Shown one piece after another: positions 17,774 through 26,967 of a DNA stretch of 64,000 bases (positions within the stretch are counted from its first letter, which is position 1; each line of letters opens with the position of its first letter). A program made the position numbers and the translations under genes. Below the pieces are notes generated by a model. The model searched no databases. It was not told where the DNA came from and saw only the letters and a program-made list of their open reading frames with translations. This stretch comes from Myxococcota bacterium (lineage in GTDB: Bacteria; Myxococcota_A; UBA796; CAJQPC01). The stretch is from NCBI GenBank assembly GCA_036012755.1, contig DASCPX010000019.1, forward strand, positions 1 to 64,000, given 5' to 3'.

Positions 17774-19533
17774 CAGGGCCACAGCACCTCCTCGGCCCAG
17801 GCGCGGGGCCAGGCGCTGCCTCGGTTTCCGGGGATCTCCCGACCCTCCGAGTCCGTCACGAAGTTGCCGATGTCTCCATAGGCACGCTCCGTGTTCAGCC
17901 GCCCGCTGCGGGCGCGCATGGGCTCCTGCTCGTCGCCGCGGACGATGGTCACGACCTCGTGCGGACCGGGCCGCAGATCGACCAGCGGGCCCTTCTGCTT
18001 CGGGTCGAGGAGCTGCTGTTCGTTTCCGATGGGGTCGGCGACGGTCTTGGCCTTCAGCGTCCACAACAAGAGCGCCGTCGGGTCCCGACCGGGGTGGGCC
18101 CTGGCCAGGAGATCCTGGTAGCCGAAGAACTGCTTGCCGACGTCGTTCTGGTTCACCGGACCGGCCATGACGCAGGTACCAGCCAGCAGGTCGCAGTCCG
18201 GCGGCAGATCGACGCAGCCCGCGATCTCGCAGGTCAGGGCGGAGCGGGCGGCCGCGGAGCCAAAAGCCCTGAGGGCCACATCCCAGGGGACACCGGCGGC
18301 CTCGATCTCATCTCTGGACAGACCCCCGATGTAGATGCGCTGCCCAGCGAGGGCAAAGGCCTTCCTGCCTCTGGCCGCGTTCCTCGAGAGCGCCCGCATC
18401 AGGGGCAGATCCGCCCACAGCGGGATGCCCTCGCAGACCCGATCCGTGATCTCCCCCAGGTCACGACGGATCTGCCGGAGGCGCGCCTTGCCCCCGGGGG
18501 TCAGCACGTCGACGCGCTCGAGGAGCAGGAGCCGCTTGGCCTCTTCCCGCTGCACGCCGGTCCAGTGCTCGAAGGCGTTGTAGGCCGCCCGCGCCGTGTA
18601 GAAGGCCATCTCCTCTGGAACGTCCATGTCCTGGCGGGACTGGTACTGGGGCGGCGCTTTTTCCTCGGCGTTGACGCCCGGCTGGATGCGCTCGCTTCGG
18701 AAGGCGAGCAGGTTCGCACCGAGCTTGCGGGCCGTGCGACGAGAGAGCCGCAGCGGAGACTCGAGCTGTCCGACCTGCGCCACGAAGGCCACACTCCAGT
18801 CCCCGTCCGCTCCAGCGAGACGCCCCAGCTCCTGGCGAGCCTCGGCGTTGCCCTCGCCGCAGAAGGGCGCGGAGAAGATCTGCGCGGCACGGCGACCCTC
18901 GCTCGCGACGACGACGGCGCGCTCGAGGCCGTCCATCCAGATGCCGAGGTGGATCGCCTGGAGGAAGCCGATGGTGGGGATGTCGTGGGCCCCGAAGAAC
19001 CTCTTCCTCAGCGCCCGCACCGGCACGGTCGCGATGCTGGCGAAGGCCGCGTGCCCGACGAAGGTCAGCAGGAGCGTGAAGGCCGTGCGGTAGGGCCGAG
19101 ACAGACCGAGGATGGTGTAGGCGGCGCCTTCGAGCACCGGGGCCTCGAGTCCCTCCATCCCGCGGAGGAGCTCGGCGACCCGGGCGGAGTGCTCGGGGCC
19201 GAGGACCACCTGCCGCTGCCCCCGGTAGTTGGTGGACTGGCGGGCCGAGATGAGGCCCAGGCTGCTCTCCTCGAAGAGCTCGCCCTCGGTCACCGGATCC
19301 GGCTCGACGAAGGCCGAGGGCCGCTCGAGAGCCAGGAGCGGGAGGACCTCTGCGGCCTCTTCCGGACTCAGGGGCACGCGAACCCGGTAGCCCACGGGCG
19401 AGGCCGACTCGAGCGCGCTCGGCAGGCTGTAGCGAGTCCGCTTGTCTCCCTCTGCGGCGAAGCAGGCGTCGCGACGGACGCGTTGCTCCACGGGCGGCGG
19501 GGGAATCGTGACGACCTCGAGCGGCTGCTGCAT
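17773..19533 (-). CDS. Hypothetical protein (586 aa, no family recognised)
   Basis: Long ORF with strong codon bias, coupled to the MaoC gene. Confidence 0.8.
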   Translation of the reverse strand: MQQPLEVVTIPPPPVEQRVRRDACFAAEGDKRTRYSLPSALESASPVGYRVRVPLSPEEAAEVLPLLALERPSAFVEPDPVTEGELFEESSLGLISARQSTNYRGQRQVVLGPEHSARVAELLRGMEGLEAPVLEGAAYTILGLSRPYRTAFTLLLTFVGHAAFASIATVPVRALRKRFFGAHDIPTIGFLQAIHLGIWMDGLERAVVVASEGRRAAQIFSAPFCGEGNAEARQELGRLAGADGDWSVAFVAQVGQLESPLRLSRRTARKLGANLLAFRSERIQPGVNAEEKAPPQYQSRQDMDVPEEMAFYTARAAYNAFEHWTGVQREEAKRLLLLERVDVLTPGGKARLRQIRRDLGEITDRVCEGIPLWADLPLMRALSRNAARGRKAFALAGQRIYIGGLSRDEIEAAGVPWDVALRAFGSAAARSALTCEIAGCVDLPPDCDLLAGTCVMAGPVNQNDVGKQFFGYQDLLARAHPGRDPTALLLWTLKAKTVADPIGNEQQLLDPKQKGPLVDLRPGPHEVVTIVRGDEQEPMRARSGRLNTERAYGDIGNFVTDSEGREIPGNRGSAWPRAWAEEVLWP

Positions 19534-19554
19534 GCCGCGGGGATCTAACCCAGA

Positions 19555-19983
19555 TCAGTGGGCGCACCCCTCCGGCAAGGGGTCGGTGGTCTCCAGACCC
19601 GCCGCGAAGCCGCTCGGCGTCGGCGTGACCGTGAAGCCCTCCCCAAAGCTGCCGAAGAGCGCCTGGCCGCCGTAGCCCCCCGGCGCCATGTGGGCGCGGA
19701 CCCAGAGCTGCTGGTCCGCGCTCCCAGGCACGGGACCCCCACTCCGGGTGAAGGGCTGCTCCTCGACGTGGCTGTGGAGCAGCACGCGCCGGTAGAGCAG
19801 CTCCCCGTCTTCGCCCACCACCTCCCACCAGTCGGCGTAGCGCTCGCAGCCCGAATCGGGACTGCGCACCGTGACTGACAGCTCGTAGGCGCCCGGCTCT
19901 CCGCTGGCCTGGACCTCGAGCACGTCGGCGAGGGGCTCCTCGGGGGCGCTCGGAGACGAGCAGGCCGTGATCAGCAGCAACAT
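19555..19983 (-). CDS. Lipoprotein with putative metal-binding residues
   Basis: MLLLITAC after AGGAGG; SPD.GC..YADWWEV and R.LLHSH..EQPFTRS motifs. Confidence 0.8.
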   Translation of the reverse strand: MLLLITACSSPSAPEEPLADVLEVQASGEPGAYELSVTVRSPDSGCERYADWWEVVGEDGELLYRRVLLHSHVEEQPFTRSGGPVPGSADQQLWVRAHMAPGGYGGQALFGSFGEGFTVTPTPSGFAAGLETTDPLPEGCAH

Positions 19984-20035
19984 GCAGCCCTCCTATCTCG
20001 ACGGCTACGCTCCAGGAGCAGGGCGAGGAGACGCC

Positions 20036-20440
20036 ATGTTCCTCCTGCTCACCGCTTGCTTCGTTCCCCCGCCGAGCTCCACCGAGAGCACCCCTCCCGA
20101 CGACACCGGCACCTGCGCCACCTGCGAGCTCACCGTCTCAGAGGCCCGCTACGACTGCGACGGGGGCGACAGCGGCGAGGAGCGCACGCTGAGCGTCGAG
20201 GTCGACGGCGGCCAGGTGACGGTGACGGACATGGCGTTCTCGGTGGGCTGCTGCCCCGACTTCGGCGCCACCGCCACGTTCACTGTCGAGACGAGCACCG
20301 TCGAGATCGTCTACACCCTGGAGAACGACATCTGCGACTGCATCTGCGACCTGGACCTCTTCACGACGGTCGAGGACGTGCCCTCCGGTGACTGGACCCT
20401 GCTCGTACACGGCGAGGAGCTGGCCTTCAGCGTGCCCTGA
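20036..20440 (+). CDS. Cys-rich lipoprotein
   Basis: GAGGAG RBS, MFLLLTAC; GCC and CDCIC motifs. Confidence 0.75.
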   Translation: MFLLLTACFVPPPSSTESTPPDDTGTCATCELTVSEARYDCDGGDSGEERTLSVEVDGGQVTVTDMAFSVGCCPDFGATATFTVETSTVEIVYTLENDICDCICDLDLFTTVEDVPSGDWTLLVHGEELAFSVP

Positions 20441-20499
20441 GCAGCGTCAGGAGCTGGTCAAGCCGCGAACCGGGCGGCGACTCCCTGGTCTGCCCTCTC

Positions 20500-21024
20500 A
20501 TGTTCCTCGCCGGGTACATGGTGCTCTCGCTCTCTCCGGTCCCCGAGACCGACGGCTTCGACTTCCCCACCGGAGCCCCCGATGGCGAGGGCTACTACGA
20601 CGCCCAGCCCTTTGGGAACAACGACCACCTCGGAGCGGATCTCGACGGCATCGGGGGTGGAGACACCGACAAGGGCGACGCGGTCCAGGCGGTCGCAAAC
20701 GGGCGGGTCGTGATCGCAGAGGACCTCGGTGGCGGCTGGGGAAAGGTGGTCATCGTCGCCCACCGCCTCCCCGATGGCGAGCACCTGACCTCGCTCTATG
20801 CCCCCCTCGACGAGCTCTCCGTGGAGGTGGGCGAGGACCTCGTCCGCGGCGCGTCGATCGGCACCATCGGCGACGCGGACGGGGTCTACATCCCCCACCT
20901 CCACTTCGAGATCCGCACGGACGAGGCACTCGGCGTCGGAGGCGGCTACTCCGCCGAGCAAGAAGGCTGGGTCGACCCCTTGGCCTTCATCGAGGGCTCC
21001 CGCCCCAGCGCTCCAGCTGAGTGA
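20500..21024 (+). CDS. M23 family metallopeptidase
   Basis: HLGAD and HLHFEIR zinc motifs. Confidence 0.88.
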   Translation: MFLAGYMVLSLSPVPETDGFDFPTGAPDGEGYYDAQPFGNNDHLGADLDGIGGGDTDKGDAVQAVANGRVVIAEDLGGGWGKVVIVAHRLPDGEHLTSLYAPLDELSVEVGEDLVRGASIGTIGDADGVYIPHLHFEIRTDEALGVGGGYSAEQEGWVDPLAFIEGSRPSAPAE

Positions 21025-21149
21025 CGGCCCGCCTCACGCAGGGCTCGGGCCAGGGCCAGCATCGGCTGCACGTCGCCGCGAGAGCCGATGGGGAGCAAAC
21101 AGACGCGCACGGAGGAGTACGACCACCGGAGCAGGGGTTAGATGGCCCC

Positions 21150-21893
21150 ATGCTGCTTGTCGTCGGAGTCGCCCTCGCCCTGACCCCCGAAGAGGTCCTC
21201 GCAGAGGTCGAGGCCCAGGACGAGTTCCGCAAGCACCGCACCGCGCCAGCGCCCAAGATCCCCGAGTCCGCCAGGAAGAAAGCCGCGAAAGGCGAGACGG
21301 TGGCAGGGGTGGACCTGCCGGCTGGCTTCGAGACCACCCAGGGCTGGGGGGTCGCCATCTGGGACGCCCCGGTCGAGGCCGTCTGGAAGGCGATCAACAA
21401 CGAGGACGAAGCCAGCGACTACCTCGTCCCCACCTACTCCGGCACCGTGGACGGCACGGCCCACCACTCGGATCGGGCGACCTTCCAGTACCTCGACGCG
21501 CCGATGCTGACGGACCGCTGGTGGATCACGCGCTGGAGTTTCAACGAGAAGCTCTACACGGAGTCCGGGGGCCAGGTCTGGGAGGTCAGCTTCGTCGAGG
21601 ACCTCGACACCGATCTGCTCGACGGGACCGAGTTCGAGGAGCTGCTCGAGGACTCGGTGCCCATCGCCTGGGGCAAGGGCGGCTACCTCGTCATCCCGTT
21701 GTCGGACGGCCGGACCTGGGTCGAGTACTTCACCTGGAGCGACCCCGGAGGAAACGTCCCCGCCGGGCTGTTCTCCAAGTTCGCCGATCGCGAGGTCCTG
21801 GCCACCTTCGAGGGCGTCGCCGCCCGCGCCGAGTACCACGAGACCTCGGGCGCCACGGGCTACGTCCGGCCAGACGGCAGCTCGCTGGACTGA
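21150..21893 (+). CDS. Secreted START/SRPBCC-like protein
   Basis: APVEAVWKAI, DRWW and T.VEY...SDPGGNVP motifs; short signal peptide. Confidence 0.7.
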   Translation: MLLVVGVALALTPEEVLAEVEAQDEFRKHRTAPAPKIPESARKKAAKGETVAGVDLPAGFETTQGWGVAIWDAPVEAVWKAINNEDEASDYLVPTYSGTVDGTAHHSDRATFQYLDAPMLTDRWWITRWSFNEKLYTESGGQVWEVSFVEDLDTDLLDGTEFEELLEDSVPIAWGKGGYLVIPLSDGRTWVEYFTWSDPGGNVPAGLFSKFADREVLATFEGVAARAEYHETSGATGYVRPDGSSLD

Positions 21894-21912
21894 GGCAGCA
21901 GGCTTCGCCGTG

Positions 21913-22401
21913 CTAGGCCTCTGGGAGGAAGCGCACCGCCGTGGCCTGGATCTGGTAGATCGTGCCGGCCTGCTTCTCGGGCATGGCCTCCGGGTGCTCC
22001 GACTCCTCTTCCAGGTGCTTCACGAAGCTCTCTTCGGGCTCCGTGGCCTCGACGATGCCCTCGACCTGGGCGGTTCGGCCCGTGCCGTCCTTCGCCACGG
22101 AGAAGCTGTGGTCCTTCATCAGGACGCGCACCGTCTTGTCCTCGTGAGCGACGACAATCCAGCAGCCCTTCTTCTGGCAGACATCGGCCACGCGGCCTTC
22201 GAGGCGCACGGTCTGGCCCTCGAAGCCGCTCGGATCCGCCAGGAAGAGCTCGGCCTTGACGACCTCGTCGACGGTGAAGTCCGCCCCGAAGTGGGTGTCC
22301 GACTGCGCGGCCTCCACGACCTCGGGCGCCGTGACGGGGTCGGGGACGGTGGTGACCTCTGGGGTCTCCGTGGCACAGGAAAACAGCAGGGACAACAACA
22401 T
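21913..22401 (-). CDS. DUF4920-like OB-fold lipoprotein
   Basis: G.V.DVCQKKGCW motif; MLLSLLFSC start. Confidence 0.8.
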   Translation of the reverse strand: MLLSLLFSCATETPEVTTVPDPVTAPEVVEAAQSDTHFGADFTVDEVVKAELFLADPSGFEGQTVRLEGRVADVCQKKGCWIVVAHEDKTVRVLMKDHSFSVAKDGTGRTAQVEGIVEATEPEESFVKHLEEESEHPEAMPEKQAGTIYQIQATAVRFLPEA

Positions 22402-22449
22402 CGGGACTCCTGGACGATGACAAGCCGTCTATCGCGTTAGCCGAGTTGG

Positions 22450-22851
22450 ATGTTCCCTTTGCTCCTGGCCTGCTGGGGCGAGCCCCCCGTCGCGACCACC
22501 GACGAAGCGCCGACGGTGGAGATGGACCTCACGAAGCCGGAGCCCCTCGCCACCGGCCCGGGGGTGGTCCCGGTCCCGGTCGCCGACAAGGAGGACGCGG
22601 TCAAGCGGGCCTGCTTGCGCCTGGAGGAGTGCGGCTGCACCGATGAGCAGCCCTTCGAGAAGTGTGCGGAGAGCGGCATGCTCACGACGCTGCCGGATAC
22701 GGTCTACCGCTGCATCGCGTCGAAGCCCTGCGAGGTCCTCTGCCAGCCGAATCCCCAGGGCACCCACGACAAGGGCCTCACCGCCTGCGTCGACCCCTAC
22801 CTCGAAGAGAGCATCGGCCGCGGTGAGGGCCTGAACAAGCGCGTAGAGTGA
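22450..22851 (+). CDS. Cys-rich lipoprotein
   Basis: MFPLLLAC start; eight further Cys. Confidence 0.7.
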   Translation: MFPLLLACWGEPPVATTDEAPTVEMDLTKPEPLATGPGVVPVPVADKEDAVKRACLRLEECGCTDEQPFEKCAESGMLTTLPDTVYRCIASKPCEVLCQPNPQGTHDKGLTACVDPYLEESIGRGEGLNKRVE

Positions 22852-23639
22852 GCCCCGTGCTGCTGCTCGCCGCCCTCGCCTGTCGCAAGTCTCCGGAGGC
22901 CCCAGCCGAGATCTCGGAGCTCACGCGCTACCTCGCCCGTGAGGTCCAGGACGAGGACATCGAGGTCCTCGCCGCCGGCGTGGAGCAGCTCGACGCCCAC
23001 CTCGCCACCATCGACATGGAGGGCGACATCGTCGACGAGCGCAGCTGGATCGTGGATGTGCTCACCGAAGACGACGTCGCGCTCTACGAGCACCCCGACC
23101 GCTCGTTGGATGTGCTTGTCACCCTCGGCGTCGTCGGCGAGGAGCTCCACGCCATCGAGGACCACGCCCCCTACATGATGTGGGTCGACCAGACCAACAT
23201 CAACGCCGGGGTCGTCTACTACACGCGCACCTTCCCCGACACAGAGGACGGGAGCTGCTTCGCCGAGGGGAGCTGCGAGTCGATCCTGACCTTCAACCAC
23301 AGCATTCGCGAGAACGCGCTCTACGAGGTCTACCTCGAGGTCTACAAGTACTGGCGCTGGGTCGAGCTCGACGATGGCCGGAGGGCGGTCGTCGCCTTCG
23401 CATGGTTCGAAGAGAGCTGGCCGACGACCAACGGAAAGGAAGCCCACCTCTGGCAGAACTTCGAGCTCGACGTGTGGATGGACCACCCGACCGACGAGAA
23501 GATCTGGCGCTACTACGTGAGCTGGACCGAGAACGACGTGGCCGAGTCCGCCGACATCGTGCAGGGCATGATCCGGGGAACGACCGAGTCGCGCTACGAG
23601 ACCGAAGAGGCCGCCGCTGGCGGAGAGATCACCGAGTAG
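22848..23639 (+). CDS. Acidic lipoprotein
   Basis: GTGA overlap with the upstream gene; LLLAALAC lipobox. Confidence 0.78.
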   Translation: MSPVLLLAALACRKSPEAPAEISELTRYLAREVQDEDIEVLAAGVEQLDAHLATIDMEGDIVDERSWIVDVLTEDDVALYEHPDRSLDVLVTLGVVGEELHAIEDHAPYMMWVDQTNINAGVVYYTRTFPDTEDGSCFAEGSCESILTFNHSIRENALYEVYLEVYKYWRWVELDDGRRAVVAFAWFEESWPTTNGKEAHLWQNFELDVWMDHPTDEKIWRYYVSWTENDVAESADIVQGMIRGTTESRYETEEAAAGGEITE

Positions 23640-23643
23640 GCCC

Positions 23644-23721
23644 AGCAGGCTGCTGAAAAACGTCCTGGTCGGCCATCGGCCGCCGTCGTGGCCTCGGGAG
23701 CCTTCTTCAGCAACCTGCTAG
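23644..23721. mobile_element. Minimal MITE (IS-end-like TIRs)
   Basis: AGCAGGCTGCTGAAAAA and TTCTTCAGCAACCTGCT (15/17 match); the right end runs into the CTAG that carries the eis stop. Confidence 0.65.
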
Positions 23722-24893
23722 AAGTCGTCGGGCATCCAGGGCCTGGGACCCGCGAAGAGCAGCGACGCCGTACGCAGCACCCCGGCTTCACCCTCCAGCG
23801 CGCCCTGTCGCTGCAGCTCCTCCGCGGAGTGCAGGCCGGAGTAGAGCGCGGCCAGGCCGCGACAGCCCACCCTCAGGGCTCCGTCCCCGCCCTCGACGAG
23901 CTCGCCGACACCATCGGCGACTCGCAACACGTGGCGTCCGGAGTTGGCAGCGAGGACCTCGTCGCGCACGTCCAGGTGGAGCTCGGCGCGAAGGCTGGGC
24001 TCGTAGCCCCGCAGCTCTAGGGCGCGCCTGGCGTGCACCACGCGCAGCAGCCAGCGCTCGCTCTCCACCACTTTCCAGGACTGCTCAGGCAGGGACATCA
24101 AGATGGGATCGCTCGCCGGCCCCAGCCACTGCACGGTGCGGACGATGGAGTCCAGATCACCGACGAAGGTCCAGAACCGCCGGACCGCGCCCGCCGTGAG
24201 CAGCGCCATGTCGCGGATTCGGACCTTGAAAGGCTCGCTCAGGTCGTGGGCGTAGATGAAGTAGCCCTCCGGAGAGCTCCGAGCTCCGAAGGCGTAGGCA
24301 TAGAGCTTCTCTCCCCGTCTGCCCGGCGCGATCTGCGTCCACAGGCCCTCGTTGCGGTCCAGGTGTCCGGCCTCGCGGGATGCCCGGGCTTCGTACATGG
24401 GTCTCATCAGGTCGTGGTCGACCGGATCGAAGGGCCACATCTCGACATCGCGGTTCCGGGTCGTGACGGACTCGCAGGGGATCGAGTAGGTGACGTGGTC
24501 CCCGGCGACTTCGTAGCCGACGCGCCGGTAGAGGTGGGCGGTCGAGGCATAAAGCGAAGACAGCGGGAAGCCGCCCTCCCTCATCTCCTCCAGCAGGCGT
24601 CGCATCATCGTGCGCGCCACCCCCGCCGCCCGCTCGTGTGGCGGCACGGCCACGGCAGCCACGGCGCCGCTGGGCACGCGGCCTCCTCCGAACCACTGGC
24701 CCACCGGGTAGAACGCGGCGGTCCCGACGACCCGCCCTCCCCGTCGGACGACCCGGACGTTGTCCATGCCGATCCGTTCGTAGTAGGCGACGGCCTTGGC
24801 CACAGGAAAGGCGAAGCCCTGGGAGGCGGCCTGGATCAGCTGCCGCTCCTCGTCCTCGTCGATGGCCCTTCCGTAGCCGAGCTGTTCTGTCAT
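23718..24893 (-). CDS. Eis-like GNAT acetyltransferase with SCP2-like C-terminus
   Basis: VAV.PHER..GVA and S.LYA....LYRR.GY motifs; C-terminal MPDDF. Confidence 0.9.
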   Translation of the reverse strand: MTEQLGYGRAIDEDEERQLIQAASQGFAFPVAKAVAYYERIGMDNVRVVRRGGRVVGTAAFYPVGQWFGGGRVPSGAVAAVAVPPHERAAGVARTMMRRLLEEMREGGFPLSSLYASTAHLYRRVGYEVAGDHVTYSIPCESVTTRNRDVEMWPFDPVDHDLMRPMYEARASREAGHLDRNEGLWTQIAPGRRGEKLYAYAFGARSSPEGYFIYAHDLSEPFKVRIRDMALLTAGAVRRFWTFVGDLDSIVRTVQWLGPASDPILMSLPEQSWKVVESERWLLRVVHARRALELRGYEPSLRAELHLDVRDEVLAANSGRHVLRVADGVGELVEGGDGALRVGCRGLAALYSGLHSAEELQRQGALEGEAGVLRTASLLFAGPRPWMPDDF

Positions 24894-24937
24894 TCGAGCC
24901 TCCGCGCGAGAGGGTAGTCACCGTCTGGACACCGACG

Positions 24938-25282
24938 ATGTCAACCGAGCGCCTCTACCGTCTGCACACCGCCCAGTTCCGGCGCCAGTGCGCCAGCAGG
25001 GACTTCGTCACCCTCGCCCACCAGCTCCTGGGCTTTCACTCCACCGACTACTGGTCACCCTACTTGTCGGCCTGGGCTCGCATCGGCGACTACGACGCCG
25101 CGGCGGTCTTCGAGGCCATCAACACGGGCCAGGGACTCGCGCGTGTCTCCTGCTACCGCTTCACAGCACACGTCCTGCCAGCCGAGAACGTCGCCCTGGT
25201 CTTGCGCGCGGAGCTCGATGCTCGGATCTCCGACCTCGAGCGCTTCGTGAACGAGCGGCTCGTGCCCATCTCGGGGGGCTAG
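24938..25282 (+). pseudogene. AlkZ/YcaQ-like (HTH_42) DNA glycosylase remnant with internal deletion
   Basis: LLGFHSTD..SPYLSAWAR and R.T.HVLP motifs; only 114 aa, jumping to a C-terminal-like helix. Confidence 0.65.
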
Positions 25283-25482
25283 TACCCCTCGGCAGAAGTC
25301 GCGACGCGCCTTCCACCGGCGCCTTCGGCGCGCGCCGCGGCGCGGCGCTGGGGCACTCGTTTCCTTCCACCGGCGCCCTGCCCCCCGGGCCTACGGCCCT
25401 CCCCCCGGCGGCCCGCTGCGCGTGCCGTCGTTCACCCCGTCGCAGCCCCGACTGTGTCGGAACTCGCGCCGGAGAGAACTAG
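25279..25482 (+). mobile_element. Dispersed MITE/REP-like element, copy B
   Basis: Collinear with the reverse complement of 12430-12634. CTAG at both ends provides the stop codons of two convergent ORFs. Confidence 0.75.
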
Positions 25483-25955
25483 GTCAGACGCACGACGACC
25501 TCGACGCCTGGCTTCACCTTCAGCATGCCCATCATCGCCGAGAAGGGCTTGATGCCGAAGTCGGGCTGATGCAGTCGCACCCTGGCCTCTCCTCCCTTGA
25601 AGTCCAGCCGGATCGGGCGCTCGGTGCCGTGGAGGTGCAGGGTGCCCGAGACCCGCCGGGGGGCGGTCGGATCGCCCTCCACGGAGCCGGCGGAGAAGCG
25701 GATCTCCGGGTGGCGCCTGGTGTGGAGCACGTCGCTCCGGAGGCTGTCCTCGATGCTCTTGACGTCCTTGGCCGAGAGCGTGCCCCTCGCCTCGCGCCCC
25801 TTCTTCATGACGCAGACCACCCGCAGGGAGCTGGCGTCGATACAAGCGCTGAAGTCATCGTCCACGGCCACCGAGTCCGCGACCAGCTTCAGGTCGTGTG
25901 CGACCCGTGACATCAGGCCTTCCTTGTAGGTCAGGACCTCGACTGTGACCTTCAT
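25479..25955 (-). CDS. YceI family protein
   Basis: HPEIRF, G.L.LHG and DFGIKPFS motifs. Confidence 0.85.
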   Translation of the reverse strand: MKVTVEVLTYKEGLMSRVAHDLKLVADSVAVDDDFSACIDASSLRVVCVMKKGREARGTLSAKDVKSIEDSLRSDVLHTRRHPEIRFSAGSVEGDPTAPRRVSGTLHLHGTERPIRLDFKGGEARVRLHQPDFGIKPFSAMMGMLKVKPGVEVVVRLT

Positions 25956-26015
25956 GTCGGTCCTCCTGGCGCAGCCCCTCTATCCCCCGGCGCGGCCCGC
26001 GGGGACAATGCTCGC

Positions 26016-26504
26016 GTGACCAGGGAAACCCAGGGATGCCTGAAGGCAGCGCTCCTCGCGGCGGTCGTGGTCGCCGTCGGGACCGCCTGGGCGCTGACGC
26101 CGCTGCAGTACCCGTTGATCGGCACGGGCTCGACCATTCCACCAGTGGACGAGCCCTGCCTCGACGAGCGCATCCTCGGGCGCGCGGGCATCGGCGAGCC
26201 CTTCGAGGACCGGGTCGTGCGCATCTGCATCCACGCCCCCGACTACGGAACGGTCGGCTTCATGGAGACCGAGGGCCCGGTGGGACAGGGCGAGGTCTTC
26301 GTGCTCTACCGCGACGAGGCAGGCATGCGCTGGACGAACTGCCAGCTCGACGTGCCCTTTCCCGCCCCCGGCTGGGCCAGGGCTCCCCGTGTCCCCGACG
26401 AGGCCGTCGTAGCGATCCACAGTGGCTACGCGGGGTGGCACGCGGGCCAGCTGAAGGCCGAGATCACCGCCGGAGCGTGGGAGGTGCTTCCGAGCGAGGA
26501 CTAG
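26016..26504 (+). CDS. Exported hypothetical protein
   Basis: N-terminal hydrophobic segment; good codon bias. Confidence 0.6.
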   Translation: MTRETQGCLKAALLAAVVVAVGTAWALTPLQYPLIGTGSTIPPVDEPCLDERILGRAGIGEPFEDRVVRICIHAPDYGTVGFMETEGPVGQGEVFVLYRDEAGMRWTNCQLDVPFPAPGWARAPRVPDEAVVAIHSGYAGWHAGQLKAEITAGAWEVLPSED

Positions 26505-26632
26505 CAGTACCCCTGATCGGCAGTAGCGACGCGCTCCTGATGACGCAGTCCACCCGCCGCTCCGCGACGCATCGTCTCCCCCTCCGGGGGGGCGCGCGTG
26601 TCCTCCAGCCCCGACGGCGTCAGGATCTCGTG
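26505..26632 (+). mobile_element. Dispersed MITE/REP-like element, copy C (internally deleted)
   Basis: CAGTACCCCTGATCGGCAGT... matches the start of copy A; CAGCCCCGAC matches the 3' part of copy B. Confidence 0.65.
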
Positions 26633-26801
26633 AGTGGTGTTGGCCGCGGGCCCTCGGGCGTTGCTCGCCGCGAGTCCTGGAGGCCCAGGGGCGCTGGTGG
26701 CCGCGAGTCCTGGAGACCCCAGGGGCGCTGGTGGCCGCAGGCCCTCGGGCGTTGGTGGCCGCGAGTCCTGGAGGCACCAGGGCGTTGGTGGCCGCGGGCC
26801 C
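26633..26801 (+). repeat. Six-unit array of 17-bp core GGGCGYTGGTGGCCGCG
   Basis: Cores at ~26633, 26656, 26689, 26723, 26747 and 26780; linkers are GGCCCTC or AGTCCTGG-N-CCAG. Confidence 0.85.
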
Positions 26802-26967
26802 GTGCCCCGGCCGAAGCGGGACGGTTCGTTGCGCATCTTCGAGGGCTCCGCGTTGCCCCCGGCGAGGCGGGACCTGCGAGTTCTGGAGCTGGCTCTTCCG
26901 CCACCGCTTTCGCGCCCCCGCTCCTGGCCCGGACAGTTTCTGACCGCCCTCCTCGATACAAGCACTC

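Noticed and set aside
25309..25377. CCTTCCACCGGCGCC direct repeat as a target-site duplication
   Set aside because: Both copies lie inside element copy B rather than flanking it.
26633..26801. CRISPR array
   Set aside because: Cores are 17 bp, linkers are 7-17 bp and non-unique, and there are no cas genes in the window.
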